From: Phyllobates terribilis
Lineage: Eukaryota
Assembly (NCBI RefSeq): GCF_046119375.1
Contig: NW_027362761.1
Coordinates: 1,154,192,001-1,154,256,000, forward strand
Direction: 5' to 3'
Length of the DNA: 64,000 bases
Below are positions 14,301-25,289 of the stretch, piece by piece. Within the stretch, counting starts at the first letter, position 1, and each line of letters begins with the position of its first letter. The notes below the pieces were generated by a model. The model was not told the DNA's origin, did no database searches, and saw only the letters and a list, made by a program, of their open reading frames with translations. The translations under genes were made by a program, and so were the position numbers.

Positions 14301-14682
14301 ATGAATCGGGAGAGTGGGGGGCGTTGAGGATGACGGAGTGTGACTGGTAATGAATTGGGGGAAAAAGTACAGGTTCTAATTAATTTATATATTTAATAGG
14401 TTGGGAAAGTGGCTATTTACAGTTAGTGGAGGCACTGTGGTGGATTACAATTTATATTTGGAATGGTGGGATGCATAATAACTAAATAATGGTATTAATG
14501 GTGGGTGCACATCTGTATTCAGCTGCGTAATGTAGAAGTTGGGGAATGTGCTCTAGATAACTGTGTGTTATTTTATGCAAAGACGAGTCCTGGCTGGAAG
14601 AAGTGATCTGCGCTTGATGAAGGAGATGAGATGAAGGACTTCAAATAGAGATGTCACTGGGGAGTCAGTGTGTTATCTGTAC

Positions 14683-15431
14683 ACCTTAATAATACTAGAC
14701 CATTGTTTATGATGCTGGAGCGCAACAGACTTTACTGCTTCAGTGAATGCAAAGTTTCCAGGCCAGTTAAAGGGAAAAAATACAGGTATTGAACTAGGGA
14801 AAATAATATATTAATAGCTATTAATATAATAAAATAAAGAGGAATCAGAAAGTGTGTAGAGATCCTCTAGAATTAGTGCTTATATGATATTAGTAACATG
14901 CCTGATCTAAATTATGGGGAAGATTTACCAATTATCTCAAAGATTTAGACCAGTGTTCCCCAACTCTAGTCCTCAAGGTCATGTTTTCGGGATTTCTTTA
15001 ATATTGCCCAGGTGATGGAATTATTGCCTGTGCAGGTGATGTAATTATCACCTGGGTAATACTAAGGAAATCCTGAAAGCATGGCCTGTTGGTGGCTCTT
15101 GAGAACTGTAGTTGTGGAATACTGATTTAGACAGTATAAACTTACGAGTAGAATTTATCAAGGCTTCTATACCAGTTTGCTTGCTGAAAATAGTGATGAC
15201 TTTTGGTGCGCATTTGTTTTGTAGATATCAGAGTAGATAAAAGCAATAAACCACACAAGCTCTTCCTAGAAGAAAGGGTGGATTCCAGCTTCATAAATTT
15301 ACAAAAAAGTTTGGATTATTGAAGATGTTAGTCTTAGTTAATTAGCGGAATGGAGGGCATGGGTAAGGTGATAGACTGAAACGAGGGAGGAGATGTAGGG
15401 TGGTGGGGAACTGTGGAGAGCTTAATGGGTG
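14683..15431 (-). repeat. Near-identical inverted duplicate of 9069-9815
   Basis: Reverse complement matches from CACCCATTAAG (9069) to ATTAAGGT (9815); only difference noticed is a 2-nt homopolymer length change. Confidence 0.92.
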
Positions 15432-18400
15432 CAGTAAGTAATAAAAATGCCTTAAAACATTCTCTCCCTTTCATTATTCTGACATTTGGTAAATATTAAA
15501 AGATATGGTAATCCTAATTAACCTAAAACGGAAAGGTTTATTCTGATTTCATGTCAGATATTGAGAAAAACATGAATATGTGTCTTTTTATATAGTGTAT
15601 GTAAATTTCTAGTTTCAACTGTATGGGGTATTATTCGGTCACTATGTGCTAGTAGGTAATATCTGGTCCGGCCATGGTGTGACAGTATTTGTACCTTGTA
15701 TGTGGTATTATTAGTCATTTTTAGTGTTGAGCGAACATGCTCGACACTGCTCGGTACTCGCCCGAGCATCACGTTACTCGGGATGTTCGGCGAGCACCGA
15801 GCATTTCCGGGTTACTCGGGCGGGAGCTCAGGTCTCCGCCCTGCATGTTTGGCGCTCTTTACAGAGCCAATGAACATGCAGGGATTGCCAGCCAGTCACT
15901 GTAATGCCGCAGCCATGTTGGTTGTGGGCACTACATTGATTGGCTGGCCGCACAGCGTCACCTCGAGTATTTAAAACCGGGCGCCGCCATCTTGGACACA
16001 GACGGCTGGGATCAGACAGTGTAGGGACAGCGCTGCTGATTTAGGGAGAGATATATACTGCAAAATAGTTAGTGTAGGGTCTGTAAAGGCTGCCAGATCA
16101 AACAAACAGTCCTTCTCAGGACTAATATCCATCCCAGATATCAGGCAGGCAGGCTGTATAGGAGACGCAGTGGTTATACCAGCAAACGCTGCATTACAGT
16201 CCTGTGTGCTCCTGTTGCTGAAATTTCTGGACTTAGCTCCAGGTCTCGGGGGCCAGGAAAAATCCTTTTTTTTTATCTAAATCCTCTTTTTTTTTCCTCC
16301 TTCACACTGTACAAATACCCGTCTTATTAACCTTTTGGTGTCCCCCCCACGCCAAAAAAAAAAAAAAAGTGTGTCTGTGACAGTTCAGACACAAATATAT
16401 CTGTTGAAAATAGTCTGGTGTAGGCCAGAGAAACAGAAGTGTGGTTTTGCAGTTCCACGGTTCAAACCTCTGTATTTTCCACTTTTGGGCCATTTGTATC
16501 TAATGGTGTGTCGCTCACTGTTCAGCCGCAAATATATATATTTAAAACAGTCTGGTATCCACCAGTAAATTATAACTGTGGTTTTGCAGTTCCTCGGTAA
16601 AAAATCTCTATTATCCAGCTTTTGTTATTTTTTACGTAAAGAAACACAGTAATAGTTTCTCCCTGATTGTTCAGATTGTTTAAAAGAGTCGGGTGTAGGC
16701 CAGAGAAATAGAACTGTGGTTTTCCTCTTCCACGGTTCTAATCTACTTTTTATTACCCTTTTTCCATTGATAGTGCGAGTGTAAGCTATTTTACTTCCTT
16801 TACAATGGGTAAGGCACGTGGCAGGGGACGTGGAACTGGACGTTCTGGTGATGGTGCGTGCGGAGGACGGGGCCGTGACCATGGTGAAAATGTGCCACAA
16901 CCAACAGCCACATCTTCTCGCTCCCACTTCTTGACCGAATTACTAGGGAAGCACAGAACAACACCAGTATTGTGAACTGATCAGTGTGAACAGGTTATTA
17001 ATTGGATAGCAGATAATACTTCCAGTTACCTGGGCACCACCACCTCCGGTCTGTCTTCCACACGGTCAAATCTTAGTAGCCGTGAGTATCGACCGCATAC
17101 TCCTCCTCACCCTGATGCTCCTTCCTCCCACCATGCCGAGTGTCGTCAGACAGCAACTGATCCCACACTTGGACACTCTGAAGAGCTGTTCACTGGTCTA
17201 TTTCCATATTTGTGCCCCTCGCCTGCTCCGCTTGAAGTGGTGGAAGAGGAGATCCCATGTAGCGATGCCCAAATATTTGAACAGCCATGGCCAGAGGAAG
17301 TCGACGCTGGCAATTTGTCACAAGAGGTGGACGATGACGAGACACAATTGCCACGAAGTGAGGAGGAGGATCGTGGTGCGCAAGTGAAAAAGGAGGAGGT
17401 TGTGGATGATCTAGTAACTGACCCAACGTGGCAGGAGGACACGCAGAGCGAGGCCAGCAGCACACAGGGGGAGGGAGGCAGAGTACCCCAACAGGAAAGA
17501 AGAAGCAGTGTGGTGGCCACACACAGAAGGCAGGCAACAGTTCCCCGTAACACCAACACGAGGGACGTTGCCAGTACAACCTGTAGGTCTTACAGAGTCT
17601 GGAATTTTTTTAAAGACTCTGCTGATAACCCCAAAAAGGCCATTTGTACCACCTGCCAGGCCAGCATCAGCAGGGGTAACAAAACTACGAGCCTGACCAC
17701 CACCAGCATGATCAGGCACATGGCAGCAAAGCACCCGACTTTGTGGGGTGAACCCCAGGGTCCACGACCAGTGTCAGCGGGTGTCACCACTGCTTCTTCC
17801 ACTGTTGTGCGTGCAATACAACCCCCTGTTGTGTGTGCAAGGCAATCCCCTGTTCATACTGCATGCAAAGATGCCCCCTCCTCTCAGTCTTCACTTGTTA
17901 TGGCAGTTTGTCAAGAAACAGCATCAACGTCCACGTCCACGTCCCACCGCAGCGTTCAATTGTCCATATCCCAGAGCTTTGAACGAAAGTGGAAATTCGC
18001 AGCTAACGCCCCACAGGCCACAGTCCTGAATTCGCACATTTCACGAATGCTTGCGTTGGAAATGCTGCCTTTTGGGCTGGTGGAGAAGGAATCCTTCCGC
18101 AACCTTATGGCGGTGGCCGTCCCTCAGTACTCGGTCCCCAGCCGACACTATTTTGCCCGGTGTGCCATTCCCGCACTACACAAGCACGTGTCCCAAAACA
18201 TCTGCCGTGCCCTCAACAACGCAGTTACTGGGAGAGTCCACCTGACAACGGACACATGGACAAGTGCTTGTGGCCAGGGATGGTACATCTCCCTGATGGC
18301 ACACTGGGTAAACATAGTGGAAGCCGGGACCCAGTCGGACCTTGGGACGGAACACAAACTCCGCACACTGAGGATTGCGGGCCCTATGTCAGTCATAGTT

Positions 18401-19839
18401 GCCCCCACAGTGTACAGCTCCTGCGCATCCTCCTCCTCCTCCTCATGTTCAGCCTCCATCTCAGATATCACCACATCAGTTACAAGCTGGAAGCACTGCA
18501 GTACTGCCTCCGCCAAGCGGCAACAGGCTGTGCTGAGACTCATAAGCTTAGGTGAGAAACCTCACACTGCTTGTGAGTTGTGGACAGCTGTGAAATAGCA
18601 GGAAGATCTGTGGCTGAGACCGCTGAACCTACATCCAGGCATGGTGGTGCGTGACAATGGCCATAACCTGGTGGCGGCTCTGAGGCGAGGCGAGATCACA
18701 CACGTACCATGCATGGCTCATGTGCTTAACCTCGTGGTTCAGCGGTTTCTTATATCGTACCCCAAGTTACCAGATCTGCTCGTCAAAGTACGCCGCCTGT
18801 CAGCTCATTTTCGCAAGTCGGCTACAGCTTCCGCCGCCCTTGCTGTGTTGCGGCAGTGTTTGCAGCTTCCATCACACCCACTGGGTGTGATGTCCCCACA
18901 CGTTGGAACTCTACCCTTCACATGTTGCAAAGGATTTGTGAGCAGAAGAGAGCAGTTGTGGAGTACCAGCTGCAACAAGGCCGTCGATATTCAGGTCAGA
19001 CTCCACACATAAGACCTCAGGAGTGGACCTGGATGTCTGACATATGTACCATCTTGACAAACTTTGAGGAGTCCACCAAGATGGTGAGTGGCGATGACGC
19101 CATCATTAGCGTCAGCATTCCACTTGTCTGTCTTTTGAAACGCTCTCTGCAGAGAATTAAAGAGGAGGCATTGCAGCCAGAGTATGATGAGATGGATGAA
19201 GAAGCCATTGCGGTCGATTACACACAGCCCAGCCTCATCTCATCCCAATGTGCATTGGGGGACAATGAGGGAGAGGAGGAGGAGGAGGAAGAACAGGAGT
19301 TTGTATCACGTGCTGTAAATGGTAGTACCTGTACAACTGTCATACCGTCGGTTCAGCGTGGGTGGCCTGAGGACAGAGGGGAGGAGGAGGAGAGCATGGT
19401 CAGTCGTCATCTTGGTGAGTACACGGAAGTCTTGCCCGTTACCAGTATGGCACGCATGGCTGACTTTATGTTACGCTGCCTTAACCGTGACCCTCGCGTT
19501 GTCAAAATGTTGGGTGACAGTCATTACTGGTTGGTGACACTTTTAGACCCCCGCTACAAGGAGAACTTTCACTCTCTTATTCCTGAGGTGGAGAGGTCTA
19601 CAAAAATGGGGCAGTACCAGAAGGCCCTTGCTGCAGAACTGTTAAAAAAATTCCCATCTGAACACGCTAGCAGCAGAGGTCACAGTTCGTTGCCCAACTA
19701 AGGCGTACATGCGAGAGAGACACAACTCCAATCCAGCACAGGCAGGGGAACACTGTCAACGTTCTGGGACAGTTTTCTCAGACCCTCCCGGGGTACTCTC
19801 ACAAGGAGTGGAAAGTTTCAAAAGATGGTGAGGGAGTAC

Positions 19840-21058
19840 TGTAGCACCCTGAGGATTCGGCTGCTACAGGGGTATTGCACCTCAGCCAGAGGTGTGATAT
19901 TCCACTCCCGGTAAGGATGGAGTGTGGAGCTGAGCTCAGAAAGCTGCATGCACTACACACATCCCATTTCCGGAGGGCAGACCAACGGTACTCCCACTTA
20001 GAAATGTGCAGGTACGACCGAGTCTGTCCTTGGCTGGAGTGGGAGGGGGGTGGACCATCCCAGTAGTGTAGGGGCAGATAGGGGGAGCAGTCTGGGTAAA
20101 GCTAGGAGCTCATTGGGTGCTGGTCACCTGAGCTCACACATAGAGGGAGTATATAAGGTGGGCACCATCTAAGATCAGGGTCAGTCTGTGAGAAGTCAGC
20201 CTGTTGTAGTGAAGACTTTGCAGAGCAGTGGAAGAAAGCAGAGGAGCAGAGCAGCCCCAGGCCCAGAGTGAGAGAGGAGAGAACGAAAGACCCAGAGGGG
20301 GAGAAAGAAGGAACTCTGAGAGCCCAAATACAACCACAGGGTGAAGAGTTGGCAACAGGGTACCGGATCCCAAACTGGTGGGGGCTACAGCATACCTCAG
20401 CCAGAGACCGGAGGCCGTGGGCAGCATCTGCCACGGCCACCCACCAAATCCACCCGGAAGGCAGACCACGCATAGGGTCAGGGAACCCAGAGGCAAGGGT
20501 TCGCCAACAAGAGGCCCGAGGGAGCCGGACATAGGTGGATCCCTGGTGGGGAAGGCCAGAGACGAGGACAGAAAGGGAGCTCAGAACCACGCTCCAGAAC
20601 TACTTGGGGGTTGGCCGAGTCCAGGACCTGGTGGACGCAGCGCGGCTCGGGTGGTCACTCAAGGCCGGAGTGACCGGTACAAGAACAGCAGTAAGTAAAG
20701 AACCCTGAACTGCACAACCCGACTCTGACTCTCATTACCATCTTCCCTGCACTTCCACAACCACCATCCTCTGCACCTGACCCCCCTGAGGCTATACCCC
20801 TCCCGTTGGGGGTTATACTACCTAAGCTGCACAAATACCATCAGCCTCAGCGGACCCTGCTGCAGCGGCGGCCGTAGTGACCGCAGTTCAACGGGTGGCG
20901 TAGTCGACATAAAGAACTTTAGTAACATCAGTAAGGACTGCCACACACTGAGCTTGACACCCTGGGCACGGACCGGGTCACAGCCACTCGGAGACTACAA
21001 CCCCCATCTGATCCGGCTCCGGGTATCCCCCAACAACACTGGCCCAGGGGGCGCGTCA
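19840..21058 (+). repeat. 5' LTR (1219 bp)
   Basis: TGTAGCACCC...GGGGGCGCGTCA; by eye 4 substitutions and 1 indel versus the 3' LTR. Confidence 0.96.
20112..20156 (+). promoter_or_regulatory. Putative LTR promoter: inverted CCAAT (ATTGG) and TATATAA; AGTAAA (possible polyA signal) ~20694
   Basis: Motif match and position only. Confidence 0.45.
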
Positions 21059-21062
21059 ACTT

Positions 21063-21081
21063 TGGCGTAGTCGGCAGGATT
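21063..21081 (+). promoter_or_regulatory. Primer-binding site complementary to the tRNA-Ser 3' end
   Basis: TGGCGTAGTCGGCAGGATT, 4 nt after the LTR; complement of ...AATCCTGCCGACTACGCCA (vertebrate tRNA-Ser end recalled from memory). Confidence 0.9.
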
Positions 21082-21275
21082 ACGTGCCCACAACAACCGG
21101 GTACTGCGTGCCTGAAGAAAAGTTCACCGTTACCTTAAAAAGGAGTCTCCTGCCGGTTCCGGAGGGTCCCCGCCATCGGGCCCCATCACAGGTCGTTTCC
21201 CGCCGGTTGTCCGCCATTTGCAGCTTTTTCCCGCCATTTCCAAAGATTTCCCGCCTTGGAAGAGCGGACGCCATT

Positions 21276-23045
21276 ATGGGCGTGCCAGAGGGTGGCAAGA
21301 GGCCACCTCCCATCGTGGGCCAGGTCGAAGAATGGCGCCAAAAGCGGAAACCGCGCCCACCAACAGGGACTGTGATGCTGGAAGTGTCCATCAGCATAAG
21401 AGAACTGCCCCTGGAACTGACAATCACAAAGTTGCCCCGGGACCACCCTAGATGTGGGCGGAGACAGAAGAAGAGAACAAAGATGGGTGTCGCCTGGAGC
21501 AGTCTGGAGAGAGCGCACCCGGAGACAAGACGTCTGGAAGAGAGTCCAGAGAAAACACACCCGGAGATGGAGGGAGAGCCAGGCAGCACCGACCCAACGG
21601 TCAGGAGCCTGATGCGGGTCGCCACTCCAGGCAGCACCGACCCAGTGGTCAGGAGCCTGTTGCAGGTCGCCACTCCAGAAGGCCTGCTGGAGATCCTAAC
21701 ACAGCTCCCCCGAGACCGGGAGTGTGCACAGACTGCGCTGGAGGGCCTCGCACAGAGGTTGGCCCGGGTGCAGCGAGAGACGTTGGCGGAGTGGAGCCGA
21801 GAGATGGCCCAGCAGACCGAGACTCGTCAGCGGAGCACGCCACCCGAGACGAGGAGACAGACCGCCTCTGAGGATGGCGCAGGAGGACTGAAGGCCGGAG
21901 ACGGTGCCGAGAAGGGAGCCGAAGGAATGGAGGCAGGTAAAGGGGACGTCACTACCCCGCAACGGGAAACCGCGTGCCTGCCCCAGCTCCCCGTCGCAGA
22001 GCCCGAAGTACCCCCTGCCGTGCCCGTCGCTGCAACGTCACCGCCGCAGACTAGGCCTCAAACGGAAGCCGCGACCCCTGTGACGTCACACGCCTCGACC
22101 CCGAGCGTGGCCAAGCAGGAAGTACCATCGGCCTGGTCGCAAGGCCTAGTACCCCCGGGCGCCGCAATACCAACAGCGCCCCCTACCTCCGCGGATCCCC
22201 CGGCCTGGTCGCAGGGCCAAGTAACACAGGGCGCCGCCGTTCTTACGGTGCCCTTTACTTTCAAAGTGCCCCAGGCCTGGTCGCAAGGCCTGGTTAACCC
22301 GGGCGCCGCTACCACCACGGCGCCCATAACACCTAAAGTACCGCACCTGGGTGAGGACCTGTTCGCCCAGCATACGTGCCCGGATGGGCAGCCCTTCGTA
22401 TGGCCCCAGGAATACATCCAGCTGGAGCTGCAAAAAGCAAGGGCCATGTGCGAACCCCTGATCCCGGCTCCAAAGCCCATGAAGAGGATCTCGCCCCCGC
22501 TAGAAGAGACCCAGTTTGAGTGGGATCCCACCGGAGAAGACCTTATGGGGTTCACTCAGGAGACTCGGGCAGCCGCAGCGGAGCGTGCAGAGTGCTGCCG
22601 CCAGCAGCTCGAGGTCTTTGAGAGGGAGCGGAGAGAGAGGCGGGTCCGGGAACAACAAGCCCAAATAAGGAGCGCGGAGCAGAAGAGCCGGACCAGGAGA
22701 GACCCCCGTGCAGCGCATGGTCCCCGAACCATCGGGACTGTAATAAAATTTAATCTGCAGCATGGGTGGGGTTTCATCAGGGATCACCGCACCCCAGGCG
22801 ACGTCTTCGTGACCAGGAGAGACGTTGAGTCCCACCTACCGGAGGGACACAGAGGACGTGACCTGTATTTAGGGGACGAGGTCACCTTCACCCGGCACAA
22901 GTGTGCCAAAGGACCCTACGCCCTCCATGTGCATCGCCTGACGGAGGAGGAGCTGCGGTGTGAGGAGGAGCAAGAGGACCCGGACGGGTCTGAACCAGAA
23001 CCTGGAACCAATCACAAAGAAAGAGCAGGAGGACGACGTCGTTGA
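21276..23045 (+). CDS. 589-aa protein (frame open from 21084): predicted helical and Pro/Ala/Thr-rich regions, C-terminal cold-shock domain (22731-22940)
   Basis: IGTVIKFNLQHGWGFIRDHRTPGDVFVTRRDV...LYLGDEVTFTRHKCAKGPYALHVHRL fits CSD pattern G.V..FN...G.GFI......DVFV...G..V.F...KGP.A..V; uninterrupted frame; true start codon uncertain. Confidence 0.85.
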   Translation: MGVPEGGKRPPPIVGQVEEWRQKRKPRPPTGTVMLEVSISIRELPLELTITKLPRDHPRCGRRQKKRTKMGVAWSSLERAHPETRRLEESPEKTHPEMEGEPGSTDPTVRSLMRVATPGSTDPVVRSLLQVATPEGLLEILTQLPRDRECAQTALEGLAQRLARVQRETLAEWSREMAQQTETRQRSTPPETRRQTASEDGAGGLKAGDGAEKGAEGMEAGKGDVTTPQRETACLPQLPVAEPEVPPAVPVAATSPPQTRPQTEAATPVTSHASTPSVAKQEVPSAWSQGLVPPGAAIPTAPPTSADPPAWSQGQVTQGAAVLTVPFTFKVPQAWSQGLVNPGAATTTAPITPKVPHLGEDLFAQHTCPDGQPFVWPQEYIQLELQKARAMCEPLIPAPKPMKRISPPLEETQFEWDPTGEDLMGFTQETRAAAAERAECCRQQLEVFERERRERRVREQQAQIRSAEQKSRTRRDPRAAHGPRTIGTVIKFNLQHGWGFIRDHRTPGDVFVTRRDVESHLPEGHRGRDLYLGDEVTFTRHKCAKGPYALHVHRLTEEELRCEEEQEDPDGSEPEPGTNHKERAGGRRR

Positions 23046-23470
23046 GTACGGTAGTATAGAGACTGTATATAGTTGCCCGTCGGGGCACAGTGAACCGTTG
23101 CTGCTAATATAGTCCCCGTTGGGACCAGAGAACTGAACTGTTAACCCGTGTGTCCCTATTCCCCACTGACCGAGGACTGAGAGCGGTCATCCCTTTCCTA
23201 ATACCTGGCCGAGGACTGAGAGCGGCCATATCCCCTTGTATATAGTTGCGCTTCCTAAAGCGCCCCCTACCGGTTTTATAGGAAACCGTGTTTCTTCAAG
23301 AGACTGTCGCACTTTACCCGGTCACAAGTTGCACCGTGACCGGAGGTACCAGAAGACAAGAATGTTTTTATGAAAAGTTTTATATGATGTTTTATTATGT
23401 TGTTTATGCAAAAATTGTATGTTTTGGTGTTGTTTATATCTTACAGCCCGAGGACGTGCTGTGGTTTACC

Positions 23471-23479
23471 AGGGGGGAA
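23471..23479 (+). promoter_or_regulatory. Polypurine tract
   Basis: AGGGGGGAA directly before the 3' LTR. Confidence 0.85.
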
Positions 23480-24699
23480 TGTAGCACCCTGAGGATTCGG
23501 CTGCTACAGGGGTATTGCACCTCAGCCAGAGGTGTGATATTCCACTCCCGGGTAAGGATGGAGTGTGGAGCTGAGCTCAGAAAGCTGCATGCACTACACA
23601 CATCCCATTTCCGGAGGGCAGACCAACGGTACTCCCACTTAGAAATGTGCAGGTACGACCGAGTCTGTCCTTGGCTGGAGTGGGAGGGGGGTGGACCATC
23701 CCAGTAGTGTAGGGGCAGATAGGGGGAGCAGTCTGGGTAAAGCTAGGAGCTCATTGGGTGCTGGTCACCTGAGCTCACACATAGAGGGAGTATATAAGGT
23801 GGGCACCATCTAAGATCAGGGTCAGTCTGTGAGAAGTCAGCCTGTTGTAGTGAAGACTTTGCAGAGCAGTGGAAGAAAGCAGAGGAGCAGAGCAGCCCCA
23901 GGCCCAGAGTGAGAGAGGAGAGAACGAAAGACCCAGAGGGGGAGAAAGAAGGAACTCTGAGAGCCCAAATACAACCACAGGGTGAAGAGTTGGCAACAGG
24001 GTACCGGATCCCAAACTGGTGGGGGCTACAGCATACCTCAGCCAGAGACCAGAGGCCGTGGGCAGCATCTGCCACGGCCACCCACCAAATCCACCCGGAA
24101 GGCAGACCACGCATAGGGTCAGGGAACCCAGAGGCAAGGGTTCGCCAACAAGAGGCCCGAGGGAGCCGGACATAGGTGGATCCCTGGTGGGGAAGGCCAG
24201 AGACGAGGACAGAAAGGGAGCTCAGAACCACGCTCCAGAACTACTTGGGGGTTGGCCGAGTCCAGGACCTGGTGGACGCAGCGCGGCTCGGGTGGTCACT
24301 CAAGGCCGGAGTGACCGGTACAAGAACAGCAGTAAGTAAAGAACCCTGAACTGCACAACCCAACTCTGACTCTCATTACCATCTTCCCTGCACTTCCACA
24401 ACCACCATCCTCTGCACCTGACCCCCCTGAGGCTATACCCCTCCCGTTGGGGGTTATACTACCTAAGCTGCACAAATACCATCAGCCTCAGCGGACCCTG
24501 CTGCAGCGGCGGCCGTAGTGACTGCAATTCAACGGGTGGCGTAGTCGACATAAAGAACTTTAGTAACATCAGTAAGGACTGCCACACACTGAGCTTGACA
24601 CCCTGGGCACGGACCGGGTCACAGCCACTCGGAGACTACAACCCCCATCTGATCCGGCTCCGGGTATCCCCCAACAACACTGGCCCAGGGGGCGCGTCA
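23480..24699 (+). repeat. 3' LTR (1220 bp)
   Basis: Direct repeat of 19840-21058, followed by GTAC TSD. Confidence 0.96.
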
Positions 24700-25289
24700 G
24701 TACCTTGCCAACCTTACCGGCGTCCTTCGTGATTCCTCTGTGCCTGTTAATTATTGGGTATCCAAGCTGGATACTTGGAATGAACTCGCTCTGTACACCT
24801 TGGAGGTCCTGGCCTGCCCTGCCGCTAGCGTGCTATCGGAGCATGTTTTTAGTGTTTTTAGTGCCGCTGGGGGAATTATAACTGATAAGCGCACTCGCCT
24901 GTCAACTGACAATGCCGACAAGCTGACCCTTATCAAAATGAACAAGGGCTGGATTGGGCTAGACTTCTCATCACCACCAAATGACAGCAGAGTAACATAA
25001 AGTCAAATCCACTGTGTTATTTCGGGAGGTGTATTCACATGCACCGCTTCACACCCACACATGGGTATACGCTTCCTCATTTCGGCTGTTTTATGTTCTT
25101 CTCCTTATCCTCAGCCTCCACCACCACTATACCACCAGGGTGACCGTGGTCTTTGTTGCCATTATTGAAAGTTCCTGCGTCCTTATTTTTGTCAGCTTTT
25201 GCTTGGAAGGCATAAGCAAAGACTGGGAGACCCACTCCCCAATAATGGGAATAATATTTTTAAGATGCTGTATTGTATGGCTCTTGTAA

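Larger units (their letters stand above)
19840..24699 (+). mobile_element. Complete non-autonomous LTR retrotransposon (Gypsy/Gmr1-like cis signals) carrying a cold-shock-domain ORF
   Basis: LTRs TG...CA at 19840-21058 and 23480-24699; 4-bp TSD GTAC; PBS; PPT; no pol. Confidence 0.95.
16805..25000 (+). pseudogene. hAT transposase (BED finger, DDE core, hATC dimerisation domain), disabled
   Basis: Starts MGKARGRGRG at 16805, in frame with 17210; BED VWNFF..AICTTC..RHMAAKH; HLTTDTW; VRDNG; PCMAHVLNL; TRWNST; LLDPRYK; after the LTR insert LACPAASVLSEHVFS; stops at ~16975, 18596 and 19699, frameshift ~18885. Confidence 0.93.

Noticed and set aside
20102-20698. Overlapping ORFs inside the LTRs (repeated at 23743-24339; similar in solo LTRs)
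   Set aside because: No domains; they repeat because the LTR repeats; frames not preserved among LTR copies
21084-23045. CSD ORF as bacterial contamination or a host YBX/LIN28 gene
   Set aside because: It lies between LTRs with PBS, PPT and TSD inside a vertebrate hAT; intronless; no YBX- or LIN28-like sequence outside the CSD
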